A DNA stretch of 64,000 nt from Octopus vulgaris (GCA_951406725.2 OX597821.1:59768001-59832000); one strand, 5' to 3'. Positions 1 to 14,758 are shown, counted from the stretch's first letter. Numbers and translations are program-made. Notes: a model not told the origin generated them from the sequence alone.

Positions 1-2082
1 CAAATGTAAATAATGTACATAATTACTCATCTCTTAAATATAGAACTGTATTTCAGAACTGCTTCTCTATAAACATTGAGTTTGCTTTGATGAGGTTTTG
101 GAACTTTTTATTTTTCCACAGTCATCACCATCATAGCCCTCATCATCATTTTAATGTCCACTTTTCCATGCTAGCATAGATCAAGGAAAATTTTGTTGAG
201 ACAAAGTGTCTATAGTTAGATGCCCTTCCATTCTTCAACCCTCGCCTGTTTCCAGGTAAGGTAATATTTTTTCAAGACCAAATGTGTTTCTATGAAAGAC
301 TGGGAATAAAGGACACTGCTTGATGGAGACATTTGTTTAAAACCATAACATGATGTCATGGCAAGGAGAAAGTAATGCACACACACGCACGTGCACACAC
401 ACACACACAAAATAGGCTTCTTTTAGTTTCTATCCACCAAATCCACTAACAAGACTTGGAGCTTGAGCAGAAGACACTTACTAGCCCAAGGTGCTACATA
501 GGTGGATTGAAACTAGAAACATGTGGTTTGGAAGCAAACTTCTTACAATCACACCTACACCTATATGTGTCATGATGTGTCATATATCAATTCTGTAAAT
601 TAATACAAAAAAATGAAAAAAACCTCCCTGTAAGCTTAAATAAAAGGAACAGGTAATCATTGTATGATCTCTTAGGACTTGCATTAGCCACAGTATTTTA
701 ACTTTGGTCGCAAGCAGTTTCCTGCGTTGATGTCTAACAATACAATCCAACTTGGCTTTCTTGTTGTGATATCACACATTTATTTCATTTTAAGTTGAGA
801 AAGACTTTCTCAGACAAACTAAAGAAAATGAAGGAGAATGTAATATTGTTGACTCATTACATTTGTAGAAATTTAATCTGGAGGTGGGTTGAAATTTTTT
901 TTTTTTTGTTAATATTTATTGTTTAGAGTAGTTTTCACTTTCATGTCTCTAGCTATTTTTAGAATGTCTCAACAAGATATCTTATCTTGAGAAAATCATT
1001 ATGCCAATAATAATAACAACACATGCACAGGTTCAATTCCACTTCTTTCATTTGTTTAACTTATTGGTTAAACAGCCAGGGGTTTTTTTTTTATGTCAAG
1101 GTTCTTTCATTGCCATTCGTAACCTTCTCAGCCTGTATTGAAGGTTGCTATTGCCTATCTGAGATCTGGTCCTATGACCTAATTACATCAACAAGATATT
1201 TTATTGACACATGATCTATAATTGCAATCAATAATCTCATTTGTATTAAAATATGTTGCAGTTGGCATTTAACAACAAATAATATGAGTGCACATTTGTG
1301 TCAAGTGGTTGTAGAACTTGTGGACCTTGGTATAGAACGAGTCCTGTTTGAGACACGGCAAAAAAGTGAACACCTCCATAGTTTTATATATTTTCATATT
1401 GATTATATATTTGTGTATGAAGGTGCATGGCTTAGTGGTCGGAGTGTTTGGTTCATGAGTGTACAGACATGAGTTTGATGCCCAGTAGCATGTGTCCTTG
1501 AGCAAGACACTTTATTTCACATTGCTCTGGTCCATTTAGCTGGCAAAAGTGAGTAGTATCTACATTTCAAAGGGTCAGCTTTGTGATTGTCTGTGTAACA
1601 CTGAATCTCCCCGAGAACTACGTTGACCCTTTTGTTACCATATTTCTTTTGAGATGCTCTGTTCTTCTTTCAATTAATTTTAAATATAACAAAGAATTTA
1701 GTAAAATAACTTAGTTATCATTAAACTAGTGTTAGGAACATCAATTGTGACTAAGTTTTGATGGCAGATATTAATTCAGAACTTCTTAAAACAAGACATT
1801 TGTACTATAGGGCCAGAGGTGATTTCAACCAGGTTGGTATCAAAAAGGTTAAAGGTATGCTTGTCTGTGGAGTACTCAACCACTTGCTCATTAATTTCAT
1901 GAGCAGACTGTTCTGTTAATCACCTCAACTGGAACACTACTCATCATCATAACCAATGATGTACCAGTTTTATATATTTGTGTATATGGTGAAGCTAGTG
2001 AACTGTGTCTCTGTATTTGATTGGTGTAGTAACTAATAGTAGAAGACAAAAGGGTTTTTTTTATGATAAGAATGCTTTGATT

Positions 2083-2312
2083 AAGGCAGTGAGCTGGCAG
2101 AAACGTTAGCACGCTGGGCAAAATGCTTAGCGGTATTTTGTCTGCCATTACATTCTGAGTTCAAATTCCGCCATGGTCGACTTTGCCTTTCATCCTTTTG
2201 GGGTCAATAAATTAAGTACCAGCTATGCACAGGGGTCAATGTAATCGACTTAATCTCCATGTCTGTCCTTGTTTGTCTCCTCTATGTTTAGCCCCCTGTG
2301 GGCAATGAAGAA
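2083..2312 (+). mobile_element. tRNA-headed SINE with Meta/MESC-like central domain; many copies (e.g. 6740-6940, 7540-7750, 12300-12510, 12885-13217, 13440-13650, 18703-18905, 41038-41271)
   Basis: GGCrGyGAGCTGGCAGAA head, GCCTTTCATCCTTTCGGGGTCGATAAATTAAGTACCAG core, 17-bp target-site duplication at 2066-2082 and 2313-2329. Confidence 0.85.
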
Positions 2313-2400
2313 ATAAGAATACTTTGATTGGCTTGTCACCAGTGTAATGAAGATATACGATTAAGTCAAATGCTTCTTTTGGCTCTCACCACACATATAC

Positions 2401-3068
2401 TCAGCCGATAGTTAGAAATAAGGTAAAGGATAACTCGTCCAAAAAAATAACATTCTTCCACTGCTCTAGGGACCAATTCTGTAGGTTTTTACTCCACTCT
2501 AAACACTTTGCAACATTTGTTTTTGAAAGTAGTGGTTTTATGATTGCAGCCCTCCCATGAAATCTGGCTTTGTGCAGCTCCCAGCGAACAGTTTTTTGTG
2601 GAAACTGGGTTCTTGAGGTGGTCATTAAGCTCTGCAGTAATTTTGGGAGCTGTACTTTTGTGATCCTTTCAAACAATTCGCATTAGATTCCCTATCTGAA
2701 AGTTTGGGTTTTCTTCTGGAGTTTTGTTTCAATGAGGAGGTTTTTACTCTCTTTCTCAAAGGTTGTCATTACTTTCAAGACAGTACTTCTTGATACACCA
2801 AACATTTCGGCTGTTTTCGTTATGCTAGCACCTGCCATATGAGCACCAACAATTTGACCTCTTTGAAAGTCTGATAGATCTGTCATTTTAATGAATTTTA
2901 ATTACCTTTTTCTGATGATATTTGAAAAGAAACAGCAATTTTAGCAAAACATTAATCAACAATAATAATAAATTTAAAAAAACATAAAAATAAACAGGCT
3001 TTTGACGGTTTTATAGATATTTCAAAATTATGATGCTAGGTGTTTCCATTATTTTGTCCAACCCATGT
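2401..3068 (-). mobile_element. Tc1-like transposon, 5' part with frameshifted transposase
   Basis: HTH N-terminus MTDLSDFQRGQIVGAH...GVSRSTV, KPLLS and WKNVIFLDE; TIR-like end at TA; shorter copy at about 19390-19610. Confidence 0.85.
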
Positions 3069-3095
3069 ATGTGTGTATACACACACACACACATA

Positions 3096-3959
3096 CAGGG
3101 TACATTGAAAGAACTGTCGTCTAAATTACACTAAAATGAAAATAACACTGACATCTCATTTTAATAGATATATTACCAAAACTACATAAAAACATCTAGA
3201 AATACTAAGGAGTAAATTTATTCAATAAAATCACCATTGGCTTCAACCACGGCCTCCAGAAAACTTCAGAATCTCCTGCAACTCTTCTGGACAGTCTCCT
3301 TGTTTAAATTGCTGAATGTTGCTATAATCCTTGCCTTCAGTTCATCTTTGGTGTTACAAGGAGTTTTGTTGATCTCTCGCCCAACTGCGCCCCACACATA
3401 AAAATCAAGGGGATTGCAGTCTGGGGAGTTAGGTGGCCAGATGTTAGGGGTGATGTGGTCGCAGAAATTGTCTGACAGCCATGACTGGATTCTCCTGCTT
3501 GTGTGGCACGGTGCAAAGTCCTGTTGCCAGACATAGGGTCTTCCAGCAGCCATCCTCTTGAGCAAGGGCAGCCATATCTCCTCCAGACACTTGCTGTAGG
3601 CCTCCGTGTTGAGTCCAAGGCTATGTGGGAAGATGAATAGAGGTATAATGTCACCAGCACTGGTAATCACTCCAAACACCATGATGTAGACTGGATGTTT
3701 GACTTTTATCACTCTTGGTACATGTTTTGGGGACAATCTGTCCTCAGATTGACACAAACACTCTGAAATGCTTGTATTGGAGCTTCTGGCATGAATACCA
3801 AGTAGTACAGCATGTCGTTTCCAAATTTCTGGCAGAGTGAATCACAGCATGGTGCTGTTTTTCTTACCGACAGTGCCCAACTGACTCTACCATAATGTGT
3901 AGTTGACAAAATCAAAAACAAACGTGCACACTCAAAATTGAAATATAAAATGCACCCTA
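3096..3959 (-). mobile_element. maT/DD37D Tc1-mariner element, internally deleted
   Basis: ORF 3266-3757 has WQQD...WPPNSPDCNPLD with 37 residues between the last two catalytic Asp; ends CAGGGT...CACCCT next to TA. Confidence 0.85.
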
Positions 3960-4964
3960 TATGTGTATGTATGTATGTATGTATGTATGTATGTATGTAT
4001 GTATGTGTATATATATATAATATTAGGGAGTATAACTCCAAACTTACAGGGAAAAATTCAATTTAATATCAAATCATATATATATGATTTGATATTAATA
4101 TATATATATATTAATAGTTTTATAGTCAGTTTGATTACTGTTTGTGTAACACTACTTTTATGTTTCCTATTTGGGAATAGATAATAAATATATTTTACTT
4201 TTGAAGTAGGAATATATATTGATAAACACGTCACTTATACCTTACTTATAAGTGTTATCATTATACATAAATTCTGACTCCAGCTACATAAACGCCATAT
4301 CGAGAAATATATACTCTGAAATGCTAGTGGACATTTTATGCGTGCATGTATGTTGAAGATAAATAAATTCGTGTTCTTTTGACCGCTATAAAAAAATACA
4401 CAGTTTCATAATTGCAGAAATAAATTTCATTAACAAGTTGAAGAACGAGAAGAAAGAGAAAATAATTACTACATTATTTTATTTATGTACATTTAGCATT
4501 TATAGTATAATTGGAAAGTAAAGTCATTTTGTCATAGAGAATTACAACTTAAAATTCACACTAGCTAATCCTTCATGCTAACTACTAGAGTTCACAACAA
4601 TTCAAATAAGTCTTATTGGATTTTTATCAAAGACATGGCATAAAAATTAGCCAATATCTCAATGGGTGATTGTTGTGGAGTTTAGTAACATCCAACGATC
4701 ACCGATTAATTTCCCCAAAATCAGGGTTTTTATAACTGCTCATACCTGAATTCTAAGAACCGTATTTCGTGAAAGAATACTCTTTGACAAAAGTTTAGAA
4801 TTCAAATATGGGCAGTAATTTTAACCAAAGGGATTACCAACAATTATGCTTGTTTGGACAAACGACCATTACGTCATATTGCTGCCTTTTATGACTTTCT
4901 ACAATAGTAATGGTAAGACAACAAAAGAACGAAAGAGACCTCGATATTATGTAAATAGAGGAAT

Positions 4965-5534
4965 TTATCTGTAATATAATATGTGACAATTATTCAGTTC
5001 CCATAATAAAACTCTGAGTTTTGGATGTCGGAGCAGAAACCTGCACCGACATTTCTTTAGTTATTGAAGCAATCAAAATATGCCGCTTTTTAATGATAAA
5101 GTAGGCATAGGCAATCTCATATTTTGTTTGCCTCAATAACTGAAGAGATGCCAGTGTAGGTTTCTGCCCCGACATCCAAAACTCGGAGTTTTATTATGGC
5201 AACCGAATAATTATCACATATTATAAAGACCCCCTTCAGTCATGAATGACCATGGGATTGCACCTAGAAAGTTACCCTCCTAGACACAAGTCCGGGCAAG
5301 GTTGTTTATGGAAGGCCAGCAGTCGCCCATGCATACCAGCCTCCCCTCTCCACGCCACCAGTGTTATCCAAGGGAAAGACAAAGGTCAATACAGCTTGGC
5401 ACCAGTGACGTCGTAACTCATTTCTACAGCTGAGTGAACTGGAGCAATGTGAAATAAAGTGTCTTGCTCGAGAACACAACACGCAGCCCGGTCCGGGATT
5501 CGAGCTCACAACCTCACATATTATCTTACGGATA
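4965..5534. mobile_element. Fold-back element (about 118-bp inverted arms carrying hammerhead-like motifs), interrupted by a SINE at 5225-5514
   Basis: 4965-5082 pairs with 5118-5224 plus 5525-5534; the SINE is flanked by a CACATATTAT target-site duplication. Confidence 0.7.
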
Positions 5535-7909
5535 TATATATATATATATATATAGATATATATATATTATGAGAGAGAGATGGTGTTAGTATGCATGTAT
5601 TTGTATCATGTCTTGACATCACATGATTGTTGCAAATGAATGTCATTCACTTCCCTTATTCTGTGAAAACCTGTCTTGCTATGATTGTAGGCGATCTATT
5701 TCTAGCATATTGGATGTCCACTTAGTGGTCATCTCTTCTTATATGTATGTAATACAATATTTCTGAATTTTCAGATTTTTTATATATGCTAGGCCACTGG
5801 TTTTAAATTGATGTTAATTAAATTAATATTCAATTTATCACCCTCATTATTTAAATATATATATACATATATATATAATTTAAAAACTACAAAGTAACAT
5901 ACCGTTAACTAGACAGACTATAAACGTTTTAAATGGAATGTCATGTTAACAATCCCTCCAATGTTTATCATGTGAACTTAAATAATCAGTTCAGATATGT
6001 GTGTGTGTGTGTGTGTGTGTGTGAGTGTGTGTAGTTATCTATCTCTTATTATAATCTCTTATAAAAACTAAACATTGGTGTTTTCAAAAGTATTTCTACA
6101 ATCTCTGAATCAACAGTTTTGGCTGCTATTTAACAAAACTGAATCAATAAAGCATTATTGTTTGAAGTTGTGTCATTATACATTTCCTGTCACTGATATT
6201 CTCTCAAAGGTAGTTGATCTTCCTAATTCCCACAACAGTGAACAAGCTCAGTAACATACTCAGTTGAGTCATGATTGAACCAGTTTTCTTGCATGAAACA
6301 AAGAATACAATGGCAAATGCCTATGATTTTTTTAATATATATTATTTAAGCAACTTGGGTGTGTAAAATATTTTATATCTATAAATGAAGCATATTTTTG
6401 TAGGTAGGGCTAGGTTATTTAGTAGTAAAGTTAAAAATTGCTCTTTAGTACAAATATATACTGGCAGTGTAGTTTATTACATCTGGGGTGGTGGTAATTG
6501 TTGTATTTATGATAAAAGATATTTATGGGTATATTGTGTATGTGTGTGTATAAGAAAAATGTGAAATGAATGTTTAAGAAAGATGTCAAATTAAAAAAAA
6601 ATACATGTAATTTTCTGGAATTTGAAGGTCCAGCATATTAAACATGTAATTATACACAAAATAAGTGAAATTATTTGTCACTTTAACTAACTCCTTAAGA
6701 ATAACTTATGGAAGAATACTTAATAATAATAATAATAATAATCTTTTCTACTATAGGTACAAGACCTGAAATTTGTGGGGAGGGGTAAATCAATTTCACT
6801 GCTATTTAATTTATTGACCCCGAAAGGATGAAAAGCAAAGTCGACCTCCGCAGAATTTGAGCTCAGAATGTAGCAGCAGATGAAATACCACTAAGCATTT
6901 CACCCGGCATACTAATAATTCTGCCAGCTCACCACCTTAATAATATTAATAATAAAACTGAGCTTTCTTTCACCTGGGAAATTAGATTATGTCAGACATA
7001 GTAGAATTGTTTTCATTCAAAGCATGTGTCAATCTCTAATTGTAAATTCGGTTTTGATACTGGCTTGAAATATTTAATTTCAAACTTATGTAGCCTATAT
7101 TTGCTTAGAGAGAGAGGGCATTGTCAGCAGTAACTACCTTATTTATAACTTAACAATGACTCACAGGATAGTGTTACTGCATCTCCAATGCATTACTCAA
7201 CTTGTTTAGGAATCCTGAATCTGGTTGTAGGTAGGGCTAGGTTATTTAGTTGTTGGAGTAGTGAGGGGTACCACCCAAAAATCATTCTGATATTCCTTTG
7301 CATTCTTTTACATTTATCATCATCATCATCATTTAACATGTTTTGCATGCTGGTATGGGTTGGACAGATTGACAAGATCTGATGAGCTGCAGGGCTGTGT
7401 CAACCTCCAGTATCTGCTTTTTGCATAGTTTCTAAGACTAGATACCCTTCCTAACGTCAACCATTTTACTGTGAGTTCAAATCCCATTCAAAATCAACTT
7501 TGCCCTTTCATCTATCTCAGGTGAATTAAATATTGGTTTCAAATTTTGGTACAAAGCCAAGCAGTTCAGGGCAGGGGTTAAGTTGATTACATTGACCCCA
7601 GTGCTCAGTTGGTACTCATTTTATCAACCCCAAAAGGATGAAAGGTAAAGCCAACCTTGGTGGAACTTGAACTCAGAATGTAAAAATAGATAAAGTACCG
7701 CTAAGCATTTTGCCCAGTGTGCTAACGGTTCTACCAGCTCGCTGCCTTAAGATCAATTAAATATTCACCAGTCAGATAGAGTTAAACTGACCATAACCTT
7801 AAACCACATCATTTTTGGCCATGTACCAGTCGAACTTATGAGGAAACCATGGTGCTTATTCCCTTTGTTTTATTCTTAAATAATTGTAACTTTTTTGTAC
7901 AACCATGAT

Positions 7910-7964
7910 TAGTAGTAGTAGTAGTGGTGGTGGTGGTGGTGGTGGTGGTGGTGGTAGTAGTGGC

Positions 7965-8003
<39 letters not shown>
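7910..8003. repeat. Compound (AGT)n/(GGT)n microsatellite
   Basis: Seen directly in the sequence. Confidence 0.95.
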
Positions 8004-9435
8004 TATTTAACTCCAACCACACCCATCTCATCTTTTTGCTATCTAAGAATACCATATCTTGACCCTGGTGAAGATTTATCTCTCAACTGTTAAAATGCAT
8101 GGAAATCAGAGATAACCACCACCCACTGAGAGCCTTCAAGGGTGGTACTCCAGCATGGCTGCAATCGAATGACTGAATCAAGCAAAAGCTAAAAGATAAG
8201 GTGATGTTAACATAAACACCTATTTGAAACAGAAAAGAGAAACAAACTTACTAACAGTCAAGATCCAGGGTTCAGATCTTGTCACATGACATTTCTTATT
8301 ATTTCTCCGCTCTGTTTCAAACTGGTGCTTTTTTACAATGTCTAGTATTTAGGTGATACTTAGTACTAGATTCATAGTATTAACAAAACAAATTATGGAT
8401 CTTCAACCATCTGTTGTAGATAACACGCTTAGAAAAATTGCATGTAATGCAAATAACTGGGTGAGGTAATGTATGAAGATCTTAATTTAAAAGAAATACT
8501 TTAATAGTGGCATAGCTTCATTATCTGCAAAAGAGTTGAACCTTATACTAGTAATCTATTATCTTACCGACTCTCTCATTTTACTGTCACTATTGTACAG
8601 GGGACTTGTGTACTGAACGCGGAGCTGAAAAATGTAGAAACTAAAAACGAAAGACTGAATACATTTTACCTAAGAGATAAGACTGACATGAAATAAAACA
8701 TTACATTTTTTTATTTTTTTGAAGGAAGGCTTTTTCTAAAGCAGATGTAAATTGTGTGATTCGGAAATGTGCTTCCCAACCACATCGTTTCAGGTTCAAA
8801 CCTATAGTATGGCACATTAAGCAAATGTCTTCTATCATAACCTTGGACTGACTAAAGCCTTGTAAGTGAATTTCATAGACAGAAACTCTGTAAAGTGGTT
8901 GGCATTAGGAAGGACATCCAGCCATAGAAATCTTGCCAAAACAGACAATAGGAGCCTGGTGGAGCTCACTCCAGCTTGCCAGCTCATCTCAAACTATGAC
9001 TCATGCTAGCATGGAAAACAAACATTAAATGATGAAGATGATGAGGATGATACACAGAGACACACACACAAACACAAACATTTGATTAATGAGAAAGATG
9101 GAAGATACGAGAATGTTTTGATCATCTAATGTTGATTCCTCATGGGTGGGAGATTGAACATCTTTTAACTGAGGAAGGTTTACGTAATAGATGCATTTCC
9201 TATTACATATTATGCAAACCTGAAACATACGTATTAAATAATTTTAAAATATCACTATTTGGTTTGACTTCATTATTACAACTTATATGACTCGATGCCA
9301 GTACAGACTGATCAGTCTAGACTCCACTTATGTGGATACTCTAACAATGATTTGGAATAGTTTGTTATATTTGACTCAAGTTGAAAATTCTGGTATTGTG
9401 CAGTTCTTCCTAGCATAACACAAAATATACGTGCA

Positions 9436-9471
<36 letters not shown>

Positions 9472-9714
9472 TAATGTATATCTGTGAGTGTGTATATGTT
9501 TTTGTTTCCTTGCCTTGGCATCATATGATTGTTGTAGATGAATATAATTCATTTCCAATGTTCTACTTAATCATGTCTGACCATGGGGAAATATTACCTT
9601 GCTTGGAAACAAGAGAGTTTTTGGTGACAGGAAGACCATCCAACTGTAGAAAATCTGAACTGCATCCAATCCATGCAAGCATGGAAAAGTGGATGTTAAA
9701 AATCATGACAAGGG

Positions 9715-9747
<33 letters not shown>

Positions 9748-11451
9748 ACACTTCATTTTTTGTAAAAAGTGAGTGTTTGATAAATTTTGTGGACAAGAAC
9801 TGTATTAATCAAACAACTAACCCATAGTAGTTACTAATTTTTCTGATTGTAATCAAGAAAGGAAATTATCAAATATTAAGAGAAAAACCATCTGTTAGTT
9901 TTACAATATTCTTCTGGTATGTTACAACAACAAAGGAGAAATACTGAAAGGTAAAGACAGGCGATGAAAGAAATGTAAAAAGAATATTCATTCACATGTT
10001 TTTCAAAATAAGTTTTGTATGTAGGGTGACACACTTTCAACTATGAAGTAAGAGTGACATACATTTTTTTGGATATGTCTGGCAAACTAAAGATACAAAG
10101 TTATGTACTTTAGCCATTGTTGCAGCTTGTTAGTTCTGGTTCAAATTCTTTTATCTTTTACATACTTCTGTCATTGGTTTGTAGCTATTCTGGGACACCA
10201 CCTTAAAGAGATTTAGTGAAATAAAAAACTTACTCTTTTACTTGTTTCAGTCATTTGACTGTAGCCATGCTGGAGCACCACCTTTCGTCGATCAAATCAA
10301 CCTCAGGACTTATTGTTTCTAAGCCTAGTGCTTATTCTATCGGTCTCTTTTGCTGAACCACTAAGTTACGGGGACGTAAACACACCAGCATCGGTTGTCA
10401 AGCAATGTTGGGGAGACAAACACAGACACACAAATATATGCACACACACATATATATATTTATATATACATATATACGACAGGCTTCTTTCAGTTTCCGT
10501 CTACCAAATCGACTCACAAGGCTTTGATCAGCCCGAGGCTATAGTTGAAGACACTTGCCCAAGGTGCCACGCAGTGGGACTGAATCCGGAACCATATGGT
10601 TCATAAGCAAGCTATTTACCACACAGCCACACCTACACCTATTTCTGTACTTATTCTTTAAGTCTGGTGTTTATTATATCAATATCTTTTGCAGACCCTT
10701 TAACCCTTTAAATTATGGGGATATAAATAAACAAATACTGGTTATCAAGCTGTGGGAGTAACACACACACACCACCACCACATAAAAAGCACCCAATACA
10801 CTCTGTAAAGTTGTTGGTGTTAGGAAGGGCATCAACCTGTAGAAACCATGCCAAAACAGACAACTGGAACCTGGTGCAGCTCCCCAGGTGGCCAGTTCGA
10901 TGTCACATCATCCAACTCATGCCAACATGATGTTAAATTATAGTGATTATGATGATGATGATATGATTGGCTTCCATGCAGATTCCATCTGCCAAATTCA
11001 TTCACAAAGAATTGATGAGTCTAGGGCTATAGTAGGCAGCACTTGCCCAAAGTGCCATCCAGTGGGACTGAACTAGTGCAGGATTAACCATTACACAAAA
11101 TAAGCATGTGCTTTGGACATCAAAGGAAGTGGAGTACCACAGAAATATTAAATGGTTTACAACTTAGCATCAGCATGCAAAATAAGCATTATTTTATCCA
11201 ACTTACTCTTAGTTTTGTATCATTTTGAAAAATAAAATTTTATTTTATGGTGTATTATTGTTTATATTTTGAATTACGTATATATGGGGCACCAAAATCT
11301 TTTAAGTACTTTGGGCCTCTATAGTTCTTAATCCAGTGCTGGATTGAACCTTGTGGTTACAAAGCAATCTTTTCAACCACACAGTGTCCCAATCATTATC
11401 ATTTTGTAGATCAGTGACTAGTTCTCACTTTGAAAACTATATATTTCGAAC

Positions 11452-11700
11452 AGGAATTTGGCAGTGCCACCTCTAGCCGAACAATTATTCTGTGCTGATG
11501 AAGGGAAATAACCTGGAAATCGCAATACACAGATATTGTTTTAAGCTGGGTGGGGGTGCTAAATGCCCTTGTTCAAAAATATAAGGATACAGATCATGTC
11601 ATATAGCCAGCTGGAGACAATGTCTCCTGGGGCTAAATTACAGCAACATTTGTCCTAAACCAGGACTACCATGTTATGTTGGCAAATAATCTTCATTATC
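11452..11700 (+). mobile_element. Second copy of the retrozyme-like element
   Basis: Shares, in the same order, TTGGCAG, the hammerhead, AGCTGG(G)TGGGGGTGCT, AAATATAAGGAyACAGA, an AGCC...GGCTA hairpin and GTTATGTTGrC with the reverse complement of 27121-27392. Confidence 0.55.
11489..11533 (+). ncRNA. Type I hammerhead ribozyme motif (diverged)
   Basis: UCUGUG-CUGAUGA-a GGG aaauaa CCU g-GAAA-U cgca A-UA-CACAGA: 6-bp stem I, intact core, minimal stem III. Confidence 0.65.
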
Positions 11701-11949
11701 AGTTATGATTATATTCAATATGTGAAGACGCATGGCTTAGTGATTTAGGCATTCGGCTCATGATTGTAAGGTCGTGAGTTCAATTACCAGCGACGTGTTG
11801 TGTCCTTGAGCAAGACCCTTTATTTTACATTGCTCCAATCTACTCAGCTGGCAAAAATGAGTAGTACCTATATTTAAAAGGACCATAGTTAACTATCAGT
11901 ACTTCCTTATAGCCTGACACCATAATAATATTACATACGCAAAAGTGAT

Positions 11950-12275
11950 TATTATTTTTATTATTATTTTACTTCTCAGAGCTCTCAGTCTTACTTGCTC
12001 TGGTTGATTCTATGAGAGCAGACAGTAACCTTTTGGTAGAGGTTTCAAGGGTCTCTTTCTGCAAATTGTAAGCTTTGGTACTTAGATGTTAACTTACCAT
12101 GGAAGACACTCAACACCCAAGCACCAATCTCAAAATCCTAGCTGTTCTCAATAGAGCGTTTTTTTGGGTCTGCTCTGCCCTCATGTCAATTCCAATTTCT
12201 CCAACATATTTTTCAAACTTGGTTGTTTGTGCTCTGAGTGCTCCTACAACTACTGGGATAACAGTTATTCTCCTT
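11950..12275 (-). mobile_element. R4/Dong-like (REL endonuclease) LINE 3' end
   Basis: Minus strand TVIPVVVGAL...QKNALLRTARILRLVL* followed by a TAA-rich tail. Confidence 0.65.
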
Positions 12276-14711
12276 GTTTTGAGTGTTCCCTATTATTATC
12301 TAAAGTGGCAAGCTGGCAGAACCATTAGCACACCAAGCAAAATACCTTGCAGTATTTTGTCTGCTGCTGTTCTGAGTTCAAATTCCACTAAGGTCGACTT
12401 TACCTTTCATCCTTTTGAGGCCAACTAAATAAGTACCAGTTACGCACTGGGGTCAATGTAACGATTTAATCCCTTCCCCAAAATTTCAGACCTTGTGCCT
12501 ACAGTAGAAAGGATTATTATTATTGTTGGTGTTATGGCAATGAGCTGGCAGAACCCTTAGAGTGTCAGATGTATGTTTTGCTTTAAAGGATCATTAGCAG
12601 AAAGGATCATTATTATTATGGCAATGAGCTGAAAGAATGATTAGCACGCTAGACAAAATAACTGGTGGCATTCCTTCTGGCTTCATATTGTGAGTTCAGA
12701 TACTGCCAAGATTGATTTTGCCTTTCAATCTTTCAGTGTTGATAAAATAAGTACTAGTTGAGTATGGAGGAGGGTGATGTGATCAAATTCCCCCTCCCCT
12801 CAAAAAACTGTTGGCCTTGTACCAAAATTTGAAACCATTATTATGATAACAATAACAAGGACAGTGGATTGTCAGAATCATTAAAGGGCGGCGAGCTGGC
12901 AGAAACATTATGTTCTGAGTTCAAATTCCGCTGAGGTCAACTTTGCCTTTCATCCTTTCGGGGTCGATAACTTAAGTACCAGTTACACACTGGGGTTAAT
13001 GTAATTGATTTAATCCCTTTGTCCTCTCTGTGTTTAGCCCCTAGCATGGGTTGGATGGTTCAACCTGGATCTGGAAAGCCAGGAGGCTGCGCCAAGATCA
13101 GACTGGAGCCTGGCGCAGCCTCCTGGCTTCCCACACCCCAGTCAAACCGTCCAACCCATGCTTGCATGGAAAACGGACGTTAAACGATGATGATGATGAT
13201 GGGCAATAAAGAAATAACAATCATTAAAGTATCTGGTCAAATGCCTTATGGTATTTGTTCTGCTACATTCCAAGTTCAAACCCCACATGGTCAAGTTTGT
13301 CTTTCATATTTTCAGACTGAATAACGTAAAGTACCAGTCAACTACTGGGGTCATTAGTATAGACTAATCTCTCTTCCAAATTTCAGTCCTTATCTAAGCA
13401 AGAAACATTAATAAAGCTATTAATATTTTTATAGCTGTAAGGCAGTGAGCTGGCACAAACATTAGCACGCTGAGCGAAATGCATAGCAGTATTCCGTCTG
13501 TCTTTATGCTCTGAGTTCAAATTCCGCCAAGGTCAACTTTGCCTTTCATCCTTTCAGGATCAATAAATTAAGTACCAGTTGTGTACTGGGTCGATCTAAT
13601 CAACTGGACCCTCCCCCAAAATTTTGTGTCTTGTGCCTAGAGTAGAAAAGAATATTTTTATAGCTGTACTATAAGTACCATTTGAACACTGGGGCCAATG
13701 TAATCAACTACCCTTTCCTCCAAAATTTCTGGCCTTGTGCCAAAATTTGAAATCAATACTTTTATGGCTGTGATTACATCATTTATTGGTTCTTAGAAAA
13801 TTCTGAAATGATTTGCTCTTTTCCACAAAAATCTATTTGTTTTTATACACTCGTAACATTTATAACAATCATCAACAAGTTTGTATTGTCAGTCTAGATT
13901 CTAAGGTAAAATACTTTATGTAAAGAATTTAAGAATATATAAGTCAATAAACAAACTTGGTTACGTGTTCTTAAGCATATATTTATTCAGCTTTCTAAAT
14001 AAAGTTGTGTTTAGTTTCAGTGAAAAGGTATTGATTTCTGGGAAACATTTCAAGTTTAGTTAAATGTATCTAAGCTCAGAAACTGCGCCTTCTATGTCTA
14101 TTTTAGTTATTTCATCAGTCTCCTCAAAGTCACTCGAGTACTTTATGTCTAAACAGTTTTTTACCCCTACAGAGGCCAGTTGTGAGAATTGGTTCAAGAT
14201 GACTCAACAGAGTTTTCTCAGATTACCACCTTCATATATTCAAAAGAAAGGAATGTTATGTTTCTGATAAATCCTCTTTTATTGACATTTCTCTGTGCAG
14301 CTGCTTGTCTTTCTCAAACAGCAACCAAATCTCATCTCATGCTCTCTGACTTTAAAAGAGGAAGGTATACATTGAATAATGTAGTCTTGGACGTACAGTG
14401 GATTGTCCCATTGACTTCAACATATGAGAATCCACCAACCAATATTATAACTGTTGGATTACTTACACAAATTATTTGTTTTCAGTGGTGAAAGCTTATG
14501 TATGACCAACTACACATTTCGGAAGTACTGATAGCAGAACATTGGTGCAAACGTTAGTCACAAGCTTGATGAACAACATATCTTAGGCTGTTTGCTTGAA
14601 CTCGACATCTACTTAGTTAGTTGCCTTCACCACAGCTTAAAATCCAACACACCTGCACAGGTTAAATGCACACCTGGTCATCAGACCAGAAATTTAAGTC
14701 CTAAAGCATGC

Positions 14712-14758
<47 letters not shown>

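Noticed and set aside
7905-8093. Ser/Gly-rich ORF
   Set aside because: It is the translation of a trinucleotide microsatellite
10313-10606. Recurrent short ORFs with [10 protein letters not shown] or RHLPKV motifs
   Set aside because: They are translations of the abundant SINE, not a gene family
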